Source: Methylophaga frappieri (GTDB lineage Bacteria > Pseudomonadota > Gammaproteobacteria > Nitrosococcales > Methylophagaceae). From it: a stretch of 32,000 nt of DNA. A program made the translations under genes and the position numbers. The notes under the pieces were generated by a model. The model saw nothing but the letters and a program-made list of their open reading frames with translations, was not told the DNA's origin and did no database searches. Below, piece after piece: positions 1 to 10,496 of the stretch. Within the stretch, counting starts at the first letter, position 1. The number at the start of each line of letters is the position of its first letter. The stretch spans positions 240,001 through 272,000 of the forward strand of contig NC_017856.1 in NCBI RefSeq assembly GCF_000260965.1, read 5' to 3'.

Positions 1-523
1 GCGCTTTCTCCAGCAGTCGAAACAAATCCTGTTTGTTCCACCAAGGCTCCCGCAGATTGATGTCAACAAAAATCGAAACTGCTGCCGATTGGGTAAGATG
101 TGCCAGAGATTGCTGGTTTGCAGCATGCCGTAAAGCCAAGCTGCCATGATAAACAATGGCATCATTTTGTAGCACAGGCAGTTTGGCTGAACTAATTGCA
201 TCGTAGGCGACATGATCCTTAATCTCGTAAAATGGCTCGCTGCCTCGCAGCGTGACCTGAACAGAGCCTGTCGGCAAATCAGCGGATGTTTGCATGCCTT
301 CAAGCCGCATCTGCCAGTTTTTCATTGCTTCTTTTATCGCATCACCACGGTCATCCTGACCGACACAGGAAATAAACACCGGATCTTCTGCCAAAGCCTG
401 TAAATGCCAGGCTACGTTGAACGGCGCCCCACCCAGTTTTTCTTGATCCTGAAAACAATCAAACAAAGCCTCTCCGTAGATCGCTAGTTTTGCTTGAGTC
501 GGGGAAGTATCGGAATCAATCAT
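1..523 (-). CDS. PfkB-family carbohydrate kinase, probable fructokinase (N-terminal ~174 codons; 3' end lies beyond the window start)
   Basis: Not in the ORF track because it is truncated. My reverse-strand translation from the ATG at 523 reads MIDSDTSPTQAKLAIYGEALFDCFQDQEKLGGAPFNVAWHLQALAEDPVFISCVGQDDRGD..., which is the GEALxD...GGAPxNVA N-terminal signature of PfkB fructokinases. Its ATG overlaps the stop of the upstream sucrose-phosphatase gene by 8 nt (516-523). The position matches sps-spp-fructokinase operons. Confidence 0.7.
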   Translation of the reverse strand, partial: MIDSDTSPTQAKLAIYGEALFDCFQDQEKLGGAPFNVAWHLQALAEDPVFISCVGQDDRGDAIKEAMKNWQMRLEGMQTSADLPTGSVQVTLRGSEPFYEIKDHVAYDAISSAKLPVLQNDAIVYHGSLALRHAANQQSLAHLTQSAAVSIFVDINLREPWWNKQDLFRLLEKA

Positions 524-1373
524 AAAAGGTCTCCGTTTGTAACGATTGCCGGAATGCGGGTGAAAAGTGCCAAACACCTTGTAAAACACCGGCACTGTAA
601 TTGCCATTCATACCCAGTGGCCCGTTATCACGTGCGATATATAATTTATCAAGGCACCCCTGCTCATTCGCCAATTGATACGCCAGCGATTTGATTTCTG
701 CGCTGGCATTGTTAACCAGTACGGACTGAACTGGACTAGCCAAGACCGGCATATCGTTGCCACTATCTCCAGCGAAAACCGTCTCGTGATCCTGATAGCC
801 CAATTGTTGTTGCAAAAACTGAATGGAATGCAGCTTGGTCGCGTGCTTGGGTAGCACATCAATTAAGCCAATATTGGTCAGCTCATCGACGCTCCACATC
901 ACGGTTGCGGCAATATTTTTTTCTTCCATACGTTGCTGCATGGCTTGAATAACCGGCGTCTTATCCTGATAAAGTGGCAAATAGTAGCTGAGTTTGTGCG
1001 TATTCTGCTTGCTCATTTCCTGTAGCTTTAAGCCGCGAATATCACGCAGTAACAGCTTCAGATCCTGATGTGAATATCCCTGCCAGTCTTGTGCGATTTC
1101 ATCCCGCCAGCTTTGTAATTCCTGCCATCCTTGCCCGAACTGATAGATTTTGGTGCCAACATCCGTGATGACATAGTCTGGTTGGGGCAATTGATAACTG
1201 CGAATGGCTTTGTCTACTAACTGCCGGTGGCGACCGGTAACATAGACCAGCGCGACATTGTCCTGATGACAAAACGCTCGAAAACGACGCCTTGCTTTTG
1301 GGTGCTCTGGCTGCATGCCATTCGGAATCACCGTTCTGTCCATGTCGGTGCACAGTAATAAACGATCGGTCAT
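516..1373 (-). CDS. spp: sucrose-6-phosphate phosphatase (HAD-IIB family)
   Basis: 285-aa ORF with the HAD motif I DMDRT (LLLCTDMDRTVIPNG) and motif IV GDSGND. It lies 6 nt downstream of the sucrose-phosphate synthase gene. Confidence 0.8.
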   Translation of the reverse strand: MTDRLLLCTDMDRTVIPNGMQPEHPKARRRFRAFCHQDNVALVYVTGRHRQLVDKAIRSYQLPQPDYVITDVGTKIYQFGQGWQELQSWRDEIAQDWQGYSHQDLKLLLRDIRGLKLQEMSKQNTHKLSYYLPLYQDKTPVIQAMQQRMEEKNIAATVMWSVDELTNIGLIDVLPKHATKLHSIQFLQQQLGYQDHETVFAGDSGNDMPVLASPVQSVLVNNASAEIKSLAYQLANEQGCLDKLYIARDNGPLGMNGNYSAGVLQGVWHFSPAFRQSLQTETFYD

Positions 1374-1379
1374 GGAAGG

Positions 1380-3515
1380 TTATCCAGCTTTTAATTCAAA
1401 AAAACGATAATGCGTCAGCGCCTCCAGAATGCCGGCAGCATAGGGCTTTTCAGCAAAGTAAATATGTGAAGTATCTTCCAGCTGAGACAATTCTTCATGG
1501 TGTCGATTTGCCACTACGGCAGAGAGCATGTTGCCCCGCATCATATCTTCATCCGCCCCACTGCCGCCTGCAACAAAAATTTGCTCCAAAGGTAACTGCC
1601 AGCGTTCTGCAACATAACGCAAGGCCATTCCTTTGGAAGCACGCAATGGCATAATATCCAGAAACTGTCCAAATGCCAGCTGCACATGTACCGATTGCTC
1701 TTCACGATGCAATAAGCTTTTTACTGTCTCCAGAGAAGTTTGCTGGGGATCAATGTAGTAACTGATTTTGAACTCACTTTGTTCTTCTTTGGGCTGACGA
1801 CTGACGCCTGGCAAATCATCAAGTAATTCAGCCACTTTTCGTGGTTGCCAATGATGATCTATATGGCGTTGCCAAGCCGTATCTGGTGTCAGTTTCGGGG
1901 CATAGCAAATTTCCGTTCCAGAGCTGGTAATCAGAATATCCGGCTCCGGAATACCATGCTTTTTCATCAATTTTAAAGCACGATCCAGCCTTCGCCCCGT
2001 GGCAATCGCAAACTTGGTTGTTTTTCGGTGCTGGCGAAGTAACTGCATCAATGTCTTCAGCGCATCATCATCGCCCAACAGATTTAAATCCAGATCAGTC
2101 ACCAAAGCGCGTTCAACCCGTGACAGCGGTTGGACATCGGCAGGCATCGATAGCGGCTTGACAGTCGACGCCAGCGGCATCACCCACTGCAGGTATTGCT
2201 TGGCATGCGCTTCCCAGGAATAGTTTGCCCGCACGCCATCCAGCCCATTTTGCTGACATTGCTGCCAATAGGTCTTATCCGATAACAATTTGCTGATTGC
2301 CTGACTAATTGTCTCAGGTTCTAGCGGATCAATTAATTCGCCGTTGTGGCAATTAGCCAAAATATCACGAGGTCCACCATCTTCTGTCGCCACAATCGGC
2401 AAGCCACTGGCCGCCGCTTCAATCAAGGTCAGTCCAAATGGTTCTGTCAACGCTGGATTGACAAAGACCCCGCCGCTGGCGGCAGCGATACGATAGATTT
2501 GAGGCACTTGGTCCCGGCGGTGATGTTTAGGCATGGTAACTTTGCCATACAAATCATAACGATCAATCGTTAACAACAGCTCTTTGAATACCGACTGTGC
2601 GCCTTTATCCAAATCAGCTATATCATCGCGGTTACCGGCAATAATCAACAGATTCGCTTGTTGCTGCAAGTACTTGTCTTCGCCATAAGCCGTCAATAAG
2701 GCATTAATGTTTTTTCGTTTATCAGGTCGTGACAAAGCGAGAATCAAAGGCTTGTCTGGTTGCGTTAAGCTCTGCGTCAAATCTGCATAAAACTCGGTGT
2801 GCTGTTCATCACCACGTGGTGGAATAAACTGGGTAATATTGGTCCCCGGAGGAATAACCCGCATTTTTTCCGGCTGATAATGATCATACAGCTCGTATTG
2901 CTCTTCAATTTCCTGATGAGTACTGGTAATCACCTGCTCCGCAGTAGCCAAAGTAATTTCTTCTGCTTCGATTCTCCGCGTCATGTTATACAACAACTCA
3001 AGTTGCGTATTATCAACGCCCCCAGCCAGTAACCGGCGACGTTTTACTCGCCCTAATGAGTGCCCGGTGTGCACCAGAGGCAACCCCAACTGATTTGCAA
3101 CATGGGCTCCAACCAGGCCAGCATCAGCATAGTGACTGTGGATCAGCGCTGGTAATTGTGGCTGTTGTCGAAAATAGCGAACCAGAGTGTCCGCAAAACT
3201 ATCGAGATGCTCCCAGAGCTGTTCTTTAGGCAAATAATTTTCTGGCCCGGCGTCAATACGCACAATGCTCAGTTTGTCATTAAAATGCTCTTGAGCCTGG
3301 GCATACGCTTCATCAACGTTCGGATCGGCAACCCGTCTGGTAATCAGTTCGACTTTGCCGACCTCGGGTAATTTCGACAACGCTTCCGCCAATTCCAGTA
3401 CATACAAGGTCTGACCGCCGGTATCTGCATCTCGACCCAGCTCCAGGTTGTCGCCACGGATGAGACCATGGATACTGATCAATGCAATATAAAGTGGTTT
3501 TTTTGGCTGCGTCAT
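1380..3515 (-). CDS. sps: sucrose-phosphate synthase (GT4 glycosyltransferase domain plus C-terminal SPP-like HAD domain)
   Basis: 711-aa ORF. The N-terminus reads ISIHGLIRG..LELGRDADTGGQTLYV. The GT4 C-terminal motif is EPFGLTLIEAAASGLPIVATEDGGPRDI. The C-terminal ~250 aa resemble the HAD/SPP fold (LVTDLDLNLL..., GGSGADEDM). Confidence 0.85.
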   Translation of the reverse strand: MTQPKKPLYIALISIHGLIRGDNLELGRDADTGGQTLYVLELAEALSKLPEVGKVELITRRVADPNVDEAYAQAQEHFNDKLSIVRIDAGPENYLPKEQLWEHLDSFADTLVRYFRQQPQLPALIHSHYADAGLVGAHVANQLGLPLVHTGHSLGRVKRRRLLAGGVDNTQLELLYNMTRRIEAEEITLATAEQVITSTHQEIEEQYELYDHYQPEKMRVIPPGTNITQFIPPRGDEQHTEFYADLTQSLTQPDKPLILALSRPDKRKNINALLTAYGEDKYLQQQANLLIIAGNRDDIADLDKGAQSVFKELLLTIDRYDLYGKVTMPKHHRRDQVPQIYRIAAASGGVFVNPALTEPFGLTLIEAAASGLPIVATEDGGPRDILANCHNGELIDPLEPETISQAISKLLSDKTYWQQCQQNGLDGVRANYSWEAHAKQYLQWVMPLASTVKPLSMPADVQPLSRVERALVTDLDLNLLGDDDALKTLMQLLRQHRKTTKFAIATGRRLDRALKLMKKHGIPEPDILITSSGTEICYAPKLTPDTAWQRHIDHHWQPRKVAELLDDLPGVSRQPKEEQSEFKISYYIDPQQTSLETVKSLLHREEQSVHVQLAFGQFLDIMPLRASKGMALRYVAERWQLPLEQIFVAGGSGADEDMMRGNMLSAVVANRHHEELSQLEDTSHIYFAEKPYAAGILEALTHYRFFELKAG

Positions 3516-3605
3516 AGCGTCGGATCGGGTTCCAGATTAAATTCAGGGTCAGGTAAATAGCATTAAGCCGCTCTTTGTATTAAAACTACCTGCTCGCCAG
3601 CGCAT

Positions 3606-3635
3606 TGACAAATAATCTGACAAACTATTTTGTCA
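3606..3635 (+). promoter_or_regulatory. candidate operator/promoter: TTGACA box plus a perfect 7-bp inverted repeat TGACAAA-N4-TTTGTCA and a third direct half-site
   Basis: TGACAAA occurs at 3606-3612 and 3618-3624, and its reverse complement TTTGTCA at 3629-3635. TTGACA at 3605-3610 matches the sigma-70 -35 consensus. The site lies 50-80 nt upstream of the ATG at 3683. Confidence 0.3.
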
Positions 3636-3682
3636 TTTACTGGTCAGTGTTGAATCAACATATCATGATAAAGGTGCATACT

Positions 3683-4513
3683 ATGCAACGCTACCTGAAC
3701 AGCTTGGCAATTTTGTTCGGCTTGCTCTTCACCAGCCCTTTGGTTTTGGCTGATTCCGGCTTGATAGAGGCCGTGAATGACACACGCCGTGATGCACAAA
3801 ATCGTGCCAGAGATTCAGCACGCCACCCAGAGCAAACCCTGGCATTTTTCCAAATCGAGCCTGGCATGCGCGTCGCAGAAATTTGGCCGGGACGCGGGTG
3901 GTATACCGAAATTCTGGCACCATGGCTAAAACAAGGTGACGGTCATCTAATCGCTGCGGGATTTCCGGCAGATATGGGACCAGACTGGCGACAACAGCTT
4001 CGTAACAGCTATAACGATTGGCTGAGTAGCGACACAACGCGTTTTGATGAAGTTGAAATCATCGAATTTGGTCCCGGACACTGGCAAATTACCCAAGCCA
4101 ATAGCCTGGATGCCATTGTTACTTTCCGAAATGTGCATAACTGGGTAAAAGCCGAGACAGCAGAGGCTGCGTTTTCGGCTATGTTCGAGGCACTCAAACC
4201 GGGTGGGGTTCTAGGGGTGACTGACCATCGCGCCAAACCAGGGACAGATAGGGAGACAATGAAAAAAACGGGTTATCTAACTGAATCCCTTGTCATCGGA
4301 CTTGCCGAGCAGGCTGGATTCAAGCTCGATGCAACCAGTGAAATCAATGCTAATCCCGCCGATACAACCCGGCATCCGAATGGCGTCTGGAGCCTGCCGC
4401 CGACACTGCGAATTGCTGATGAGGACAAAGCTAAATATCAAGCTATCGGTGAAAGTGATCGCATGACTTTACGCTTCATTAAGCCGCAAAATATCTCATT
4501 GCCGGACGGTTAA
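3683..4513 (+). CDS. exported class I SAM-dependent methyltransferase-like protein (COG4798-like)
   Basis: The track ORF begins at a TTG (3605). The ATG at 3683 gives [25 protein letters not shown], a typical Sec signal peptide. A Rossmann-type motif [17 protein letters not shown] and the later LKPGGVLGV segment fit SAM methyltransferase motifs I and post-I. Confidence 0.65.
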   Translation: MQRYLNSLAILFGLLFTSPLVLADSGLIEAVNDTRRDAQNRARDSARHPEQTLAFFQIEPGMRVAEIWPGRGWYTEILAPWLKQGDGHLIAAGFPADMGPDWRQQLRNSYNDWLSSDTTRFDEVEIIEFGPGHWQITQANSLDAIVTFRNVHNWVKAETAEAAFSAMFEALKPGGVLGVTDHRAKPGTDRETMKKTGYLTESLVIGLAEQAGFKLDATSEINANPADTTRHPNGVWSLPPTLRIADEDKAKYQAIGESDRMTLRFIKPQNISLPDG

Positions 4514-5235
4514 TTTCGATATAAGGCCCGGTTGAGCGTTACGATATTTTCCGTGCTGATTTGCTTGGGACAACTGCGTTCACATTCACGATAGTTACTG
4601 CAACTACCAAAGCCTTCTGCCTGCATCTGGGCGAGCATTTTTGCTGGTCGTTCCGCGTCCAGTTTGCCTTGTGGCAAGCTGGATAAGTGACTCACCTTGG
4701 CGGCAACAAATAAGGTCGCCGAGGCGTTTGGACAAACAGCAACACAAGCGCCACATCCAATACAAGTGGCGGCATCAAATGCCTTGTCGGCAACTTTTTT
4801 GGCAACCGGTATGGTATTTGCCTCGGGTGCAGCACCGGTTCTTACCGGAATATAGCCGCCCGCCTGAATTAGCCGATCCAAAGCACTGCGGTCGGTTATC
4901 AAGTCCTGAATAACCGGAAAAGCAGCGGCCCGCCAGGGCTCAATCCATAGTTCTTTTTGATCCTGATAATCACGCATATATTGCTGACAACTGGTTGTTG
5001 CTCTGTGCCGGCCATGGGGCTCACCGTTAATGACTAAACTGCAACTCCCACAAATTCCTTCCCTGCAGTCATGATCAAAAGCAACCGGTTCTTCGCCAGC
5101 TTGAATCAGCTGCTCATTCAGCGCATCGAGCATCTCCAAAAATGATGACTCGGCTGATACCTCAAGTTCATAACGCCTAAAATTACCTGACTCGGCCGGT
5201 CTCGATTGACGCCAGATGTGCAAAATAAACTTCAT
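4510..5235 (-). CDS. sdhB: succinate dehydrogenase/fumarate reductase iron-sulfur subunit
   Basis: 241 aa with three Cys clusters: [10 protein letters not shown] (2Fe-2S), [12 protein letters not shown] and [16 protein letters not shown] start/stop overlap with sdhA at 5232-5235. Confidence 0.85.
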   Translation of the reverse strand: MKFILHIWRQSRPAESGNFRRYELEVSAESSFLEMLDALNEQLIQAGEEPVAFDHDCREGICGSCSLVINGEPHGRHRATTSCQQYMRDYQDQKELWIEPWRAAAFPVIQDLITDRSALDRLIQAGGYIPVRTGAAPEANTIPVAKKVADKAFDAATCIGCGACVAVCPNASATLFVAAKVSHLSSLPQGKLDAERPAKMLAQMQAEGFGSCSNYRECERSCPKQISTENIVTLNRALYRN

Positions 5236-7172
5236 TGGTAGTTCCTGATACCAGGACTGACAAAATCAAAATGCAGCGGCTCTTTTACCAAAATTGGCTC
5301 ACTGACATTGCCGCTATATCGCCAAGCCGAGACGTAGGAAAATTGGTTATCGTGACGCTGCACTTCGCCCGTTGGCGTCAAATGCTCCACGCGGGCATGA
5401 CAGCCGCAGGACTCTTCCCGTTGTAAGGCATCTCTGCACATCAACTCTGCCAGTTCCATAAAATCTGCAATGCGACCAGCGCGTTCCAGTACCTGATTTA
5501 TCTGCTTATTATCGCCCGTTATCTTGACCTGCTGCCAATAGGCTTCACGTAACTGCTGGATCTGCATAATGGCTTGACGTAAATCATGATCATTGCGCGC
5601 CATGCCACAGTTATCCCACAAAATTTGTCCCAGTCGTCGATGGAAGTCATCGGGACTGTGCTTCGGATCCGGCGCGGAGAGTAATCGGGATAAGTGTTTT
5701 TGGACTGACAAGCGCGTTTCTGCTACTTCAGGATAATCTGCGTCTGCGAGTGGCTTTTGCCTGGCCAGGTAATCTGAAACCGTCGCTGGCAGAATAAAAT
5801 AACCATCAGCCAAGCCTTGCATCAAAGCACTGGCACCAAGACGATTCGCCCCATGATCAGAAAAGTTAGCCTCGCCACCAGCAAACAGGCCATCAATCGT
5901 CGTCATCAAATTATAATCAACCCATAAGCCGCCCATGGTGTAGTGCACTGCTGGGTAGATACGCATGGGTTGCTGCGTCGGATCTTCCGAGGTAATACGG
6001 TGATACATTTCAAATAAATTACCGTATTTTTCATTAATGGTTGTCGCGCCTTGCTCAACGATAGCATCAGCAAAATCCAGATAGACACCTAATTTTTGTC
6101 CATTAATTTCATGGCCTACCCCGCGTCCTTCATCACAAATAAGCTTAACCGCTCGCGAGGCAATATCTCTGGGCACCAGATTGCCAAAAGCCGGATACAT
6201 GCGTTCCAGGAAGTAATCGCGATCTGACTCGGCAATCTCATTCGGATTGCGATCACAATCTTTGGCATGTTTGGGCGCCCAAATCCGACCATCATTACGA
6301 AGTGATTCGCTCATCAAGGTCAATTTAGACTGTAATTCTCCATGCTGGGGAATACAGGTTGGGTGGATTTGCGTAAAGCTCGGATTAGCGAACAAGGCGC
6401 CTTTCTTGTGCGCGCGCCAGATGGCAGAGGCATTACAGCCTTTCGCATTTGTCGACAGGTAATAGGCATTACCATAACCGCCAGTACATAATAAAACGCA
6501 GTCTGCCAGATGTGAGACCAGTTCACCGGTCAGCAGGTTACGGGTAATGATGCCTTTTGCCTGTCCCTTAATTAAAATCAGATCCTGCATCTCAGTCCGG
6601 GAAAGATGGCGAATATGGCCCAACGCCACCTGACGACTCATTGCCTGATATGCCCCCAGTAACAATTGCTGTCCGGTTTGACCGCGCGCATAGAAAGTTC
6701 GCGACACCTGAGCGCCACCAAATGACCGATTTGCCAGATAACCACTGTACTCCCGAGCAAAAGGCACACCCTGTGCCACAGCTTGATCAATGATGCCAGT
6801 ACTTAATTCTGCAAGTCGAAAGACGTTGGATTCACGTGCACGAAAGTCACCACCTTTGATCATGTCGTAAAAAAGCCGCCAGACACTATCACCATCGTTA
6901 TGATAGTTCTTGGCCGCATTAATACCACCTTGTGCGGCAATACTATGCGCACGTCGCGGGCTATCCTGAAAACAGACTGTGGTGACCTGATAGCCCATTT
7001 CAGCCAAAGATGCAGCGGCTGATGCACCCGCAAGACCAGTGCCAACAACAATAATTCGATAATGTTTCCGGTTGGCCGGGCTGACGACACGTAAATTATA
7101 TTTATGCTGCGTCCAGCGTTGCTCCAGTGGCCCCTTTGGGCTATGCCCATCCAGTTGAATCGTCTCGTTCAT
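5232..7172 (-). CDS. sdhA: succinate dehydrogenase/fumarate reductase flavoprotein subunit (long, Bacillus/Bacteroides type)
   Basis: FAD-binding motif [15 protein letters not shown]. The covalent-FAD region reads [21 protein letters not shown] prefer the start at Met25 of the track ORF (MNETIQL..., 7172) because it forms an ATGA overlap with the stop of the cytochrome b gene at 7169-7172. Confidence 0.9.
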   Translation of the reverse strand: MNETIQLDGHSPKGPLEQRWTQHKYNLRVVSPANRKHYRIIVVGTGLAGASAAASLAEMGYQVTTVCFQDSPRRAHSIAAQGGINAAKNYHNDGDSVWRLFYDMIKGGDFRARESNVFRLAELSTGIIDQAVAQGVPFAREYSGYLANRSFGGAQVSRTFYARGQTGQQLLLGAYQAMSRQVALGHIRHLSRTEMQDLILIKGQAKGIITRNLLTGELVSHLADCVLLCTGGYGNAYYLSTNAKGCNASAIWRAHKKGALFANPSFTQIHPTCIPQHGELQSKLTLMSESLRNDGRIWAPKHAKDCDRNPNEIAESDRDYFLERMYPAFGNLVPRDIASRAVKLICDEGRGVGHEINGQKLGVYLDFADAIVEQGATTINEKYGNLFEMYHRITSEDPTQQPMRIYPAVHYTMGGLWVDYNLMTTIDGLFAGGEANFSDHGANRLGASALMQGLADGYFILPATVSDYLARQKPLADADYPEVAETRLSVQKHLSRLLSAPDPKHSPDDFHRRLGQILWDNCGMARNDHDLRQAIMQIQQLREAYWQQVKITGDNKQINQVLERAGRIADFMELAELMCRDALQREESCGCHARVEHLTPTGEVQRHDNQFSYVSAWRYSGNVSEPILVKEPLHFDFVSPGIRNYQ

Positions 7173-7759
7173 GGTGTACTCCAAAATGCCATTATTGGCA
7201 CCACGGCAAAGCCGCCTATCAACAACGCCACCAGTAATAAACAAAGATACAGATATTGTTTTGATGTTTTCCCTAATGTCTGCAACACATTGGGTAACGC
7301 ATGACCAAGATGTAAAGCCATTAAACCCAGTCCTGCCAGATAGATCAGGACTTGATGACCCTCAGCGAATAGTTTTCGGGTTTGACCATGAATATCAGCG
7401 CCACCAAAAAACCACATTTGCGCCAGATGATAAATCATGAACGCCAGAATAAGACTAATGACGATAGAGACCAGCCAGGATGGAATCCAGTGGTGCTGAC
7501 GATGATAGTACGCAATTGGCCTTGCCTTACGATTATGCCGCCGTATTTGCACCGCAACCCAGACATGTAAGGCCAACGCAATGACCATGACAATCCAAAC
7601 AGGCCAGCGAATTAAAGGCTGATTGTATAACGCGTAAACCTGATTAAATGTGGCCGGATCAACAAAACTCAGATTGACCAGCATGTGTATTACCAAATAA
7701 ATCGTAAGCACCATTCCTGCCAGAGCCATCAGGCGCTTTTTTATTTGCAGCAGCGCCAT
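7169..7759 (-). CDS. sdhC: succinate dehydrogenase cytochrome b subunit (single-polypeptide b558-type membrane anchor)
   Basis: 196 aa, about five hydrophobic helices with several conserved-looking His residues. It sits immediately upstream of sdhA-sdhB and is coupled to them. There is no separate sdhD. Confidence 0.7.
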   Translation of the reverse strand: MALLQIKKRLMALAGMVLTIYLVIHMLVNLSFVDPATFNQVYALYNQPLIRWPVWIVMVIALALHVWVAVQIRRHNRKARPIAYYHRQHHWIPSWLVSIVISLILAFMIYHLAQMWFFGGADIHGQTRKLFAEGHQVLIYLAGLGLMALHLGHALPNVLQTLGKTSKQYLYLCLLLVALLIGGFAVVPIMAFWSTP

Positions 7760-8262
7760 TAACTCTCCCGACTCATTTGAACCTTATCCTGCTCGGAAAC
7801 CGGTTTTAGCTTTTCTCTGGCAATGGTTCTAACGCAGCTGTTCCATCGCAAGATCGACTCATCATTATGCTCAGGCCGGATTTTTTCAGCCTGCTGATAA
7901 CACTGCAACGCTTTGACAAAGTAATCATAAGCAAATGCGCGTGACATCGGTTGACTAAGCATAAAACGAGCACGCCGTTCAAAATAAATACCTGTGTAAT
8001 ACTGCTGCTGATAGGGATTATCCAACAGTTCGATAGCCGTCTCGATGGCTTGAAATGGAGACTGGCTGCCACTGACATCGATTTGATCCGTCAAAGCCAA
8101 AATATAGATGATACGTGCCTGTTGATTATCAGGCTGAATATGAAGCACATCCAGACAAATACTCTCCGCAATTTCAGGTTCCAGTAACGAACGATACTGG
8201 CGAGCACGATCTATTGCTAACTCAACTGAATCTGCGTGGATGTCATGCAGACTTAACTCCAT
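7759..8262 (-). CDS. hypothetical all-helical (TPR-like) protein, translationally coupled to sdhC
   Basis: 167-aa ORF. Its TAA stop shares one base with the sdhC ATG (TAATG at 7757-7761). I recognised no family motif. Confidence 0.5.
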   Translation of the reverse strand: MELSLHDIHADSVELAIDRARQYRSLLEPEIAESICLDVLHIQPDNQQARIIYILALTDQIDVSGSQSPFQAIETAIELLDNPYQQQYYTGIYFERRARFMLSQPMSRAFAYDYFVKALQCYQQAEKIRPEHNDESILRWNSCVRTIAREKLKPVSEQDKVQMSRES

Positions 8263-8425
8263 GATGACCTCTTGTTTCTCCGCACCGTTAACCCGGCTGC
8301 TTCTGTCAATCTAAATTAATCCCCCCTGCATTTCAATGCAGGTCCAATAACGTGTTTAGACATAGAGTCACTATCTGAATTCTGGTATCTTAACCGGTTT
8401 TTCAATGACAAATTTTTGAGACGTC

Positions 8426-10453
8426 ATGCAACGACACATTCTGGTAACCAGCGCCCTGCCCTACGCTAATGGATCTATTCACTTGGGTCACTTGGTGGAA
8501 TACATCCAAACTGACATCTGGGTACGATTTCAAAAAATGCGCGGCCACGCCTGCCACTATGTTTGTGCCGATGATGCGCATGGCACGCCAATCATGCTCC
8601 GAGCCCAAAATGAAGGCATCTCAGCAGAACAACTGATTGCGAAAGTCAGTGAAGAACATCAGGCTGACTTTGCTGCGTTTAATATCGGTTTTGACCACTA
8701 TCACAGTACGCACAGTGACGAAAACCGTACTTTATCGAACCAGATCTATCTGGCTAACCGGGACGCAGGCCATATCGAAAGCCGCACCATCAGTCAGGCC
8801 TATGATCCAGAAAAAGAAATGTTTCTTCCGGATCGTTTTATCCGTGGCGAGTGCCCAAAATGTGGCGCCGCTGATCAATATGGCGATAATTGTGAAGCTT
8901 GTGGTGCAACCTACGAACCGACTGAACTGAAAAATCCGGTTTCTGCGGTTTCTGGCGCTACGCCCATCACCAAAGACTCAGAACATTACTTCTTTAAACT
9001 GGGCAATTTTGAGCAATTATTGCGCGATTGGACAGGGGGCGAGCATCTGCAACCTGAAGTCAGCAGAAAACTGGCCGAATGGTTTGAATCAGGTCTGCAA
9101 GACTGGGATATTTCCCGCGACACTCCTTATTTTGGCTTTGAAATTCCAGATGCTCCAGGGAAATTCTTCTACGTCTGGATGGATGCCCCCATCGGCTATT
9201 TGGCCAGTTTCAAACATTACTGCGATAAACAAGGCATTGATTTTGATGCCTTTATGAAGCCTGATAGCCAGACGGAAATGGTGCATTTTATTGGTAAAGA
9301 CATTATTTACTTTCATGCCTTGTTCTGGCCAGCCATGCTCAGTGGTGCTGGTCTACGCCTGCCAAACCGGATTTTTGCTCACGGATTTTTAACGGTTGAT
9401 GGCAAAAAAATGTCCAAGTCGCGCGGCACTTTTATTAAGGCGCGCACTTACCTGAATCACCTTAATCCCGAGTATCTTCGGTATTATTTTGCGGCTAAAC
9501 TCGGCAATGGTATCGAAGATATCGATTTAAGCCTTGCTGATTTTCAGAATCGTATCAATGCTGATCTGGTTGGCAAAGTGGTCAATATTGCCAGCCGTTG
9601 TGCTGGATTTATCAACAAAAAATTTGATGGCAAACTGACACAAACCCTGGCGGACCCTGCTTTGTTTCGGGTATTCACGGCAGAGTCAGAAAATATTGCG
9701 CGCCGCTATGAACAACGCGAATATGCCCAGGCCATGCGTGAAATTATGGCGCTGGCCGATAAAGCTAATCAATACATTGATGAACAAAAACCCTGGGTTT
9801 TAGCAAAAGATCCTGAACAACAAGATGCCGTTCAAGCTGTTTGCAGTCTCGGTATCAATCTGTTCCGCATTCTGATTGCCTATCTCAAACCCGTCTTACC
9901 GGCTACGGCGCAGCAAGCAGAAGCTTTTCTTAACATCCCGGCCCTGCAATGGGAATCTATCGGCACACCAATGCTGGATCACGTTATTAGACCATTTACG
10001 CCACTAATGACGCGTATTGAGTCTGACAAAATCACTGCCTTGCTGGAGGAATCAAAGGAAACGCTCGAAACCGAGGTAAAACCAACGCAAACTACCGCAC
10101 CACCTGCTGATATTGAACCCCTCGCGCATGAAATTAACTTTGATGATTTTGCCAAGCTCGATCTGCGTATTGCCCTGATTCAAAATGCAGAGCACGTCGA
10201 GGGTGCTGACAAGTTGCTTAGATTAACGCTCGATATCGGTTTAGGAGAAAAACAAGTTTTTGCCGGTATTAAATCTGCCTACCAGCCGGAGCAGTTAATC
10301 GGTAAATTAACGGTCATGGTTGCCAATCTCGCACCACGTAAAATGCGTTTCGGCCTATCGGAAGGCATGGTTTTAGCGGCTGGCCCTGGTGGAAAAGATT
10401 TATTTATCCTCAACCCAGATCAAGGCGCCACACCAGGCATGCGAGTCAAATAA
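8426..10453 (+). CDS. metG: methionine--tRNA ligase with C-terminal Trbp111-like tRNA-binding domain
   Basis: 675 aa with the HIGH-type motif ([10 protein letters not shown]), KMSKS (GKKMSKSRG) and the zinc knuckle [18 protein letters not shown]. The C-terminal segment [27 protein letters not shown] is typical of the dimerisation/tRNA-binding domain. Confidence 0.95.
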   Translation: MQRHILVTSALPYANGSIHLGHLVEYIQTDIWVRFQKMRGHACHYVCADDAHGTPIMLRAQNEGISAEQLIAKVSEEHQADFAAFNIGFDHYHSTHSDENRTLSNQIYLANRDAGHIESRTISQAYDPEKEMFLPDRFIRGECPKCGAADQYGDNCEACGATYEPTELKNPVSAVSGATPITKDSEHYFFKLGNFEQLLRDWTGGEHLQPEVSRKLAEWFESGLQDWDISRDTPYFGFEIPDAPGKFFYVWMDAPIGYLASFKHYCDKQGIDFDAFMKPDSQTEMVHFIGKDIIYFHALFWPAMLSGAGLRLPNRIFAHGFLTVDGKKMSKSRGTFIKARTYLNHLNPEYLRYYFAAKLGNGIEDIDLSLADFQNRINADLVGKVVNIASRCAGFINKKFDGKLTQTLADPALFRVFTAESENIARRYEQREYAQAMREIMALADKANQYIDEQKPWVLAKDPEQQDAVQAVCSLGINLFRILIAYLKPVLPATAQQAEAFLNIPALQWESIGTPMLDHVIRPFTPLMTRIESDKITALLEESKETLETEVKPTQTTAPPADIEPLAHEINFDDFAKLDLRIALIQNAEHVEGADKLLRLTLDIGLGEKQVFAGIKSAYQPEQLIGKLTVMVANLAPRKMRFGLSEGMVLAAGPGGKDLFILNPDQGATPGMRVK

Positions 10454-10463
10454 AGGTGATAAT

Positions 10464-10489
10464 AAAAAGCCGGCGAGAGCCGGCTTTTT
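10464..10489. terminator. bidirectional Rho-independent terminator shared by the convergent metG and PepSY genes
   Basis: AAAAAGCCGGC-GAGA-GCCGGCTTTTT. The GC stem is 10469-10474 paired with 10479-10484, flanked by an A-run and a T-run. Confidence 0.75.
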
Positions 10490-10496
10490 AAGTAAA

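Noticed and set aside
608-1654. Short ORFs overlapping the spp and sps genes (608-862, 1099-1353, 1292-1654). Similar embedded ORFs occur throughout the track, for example 3729-4236, 5906-6526, 8637-9316, 24397-24729 and 26292-26633
   Set aside because: Each is fully nested in, or antisense to, a longer ORF with clear family motifs. They have low-complexity or Cys/Arg-rich compositions typical of shadow frames, with no RBS or motif support.
3605-3682. N-terminal 26-codon extension of the methyltransferase ORF starting at TTG 3605
   Set aside because: The extension has no signal-peptide logic, and the TTG is part of a TTGACA -35-like box. The ATG at 3683 yields a textbook signal peptide.
8325-8342. 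7-bp hairpin CCTGCAT-TTCA-ATGCAGG in the metG upstream region
   Set aside because: It has no adjoining T-tract and no T-box or riboswitch-like context. It may be a minor regulatory or REP-like element, but the evidence is insufficient.
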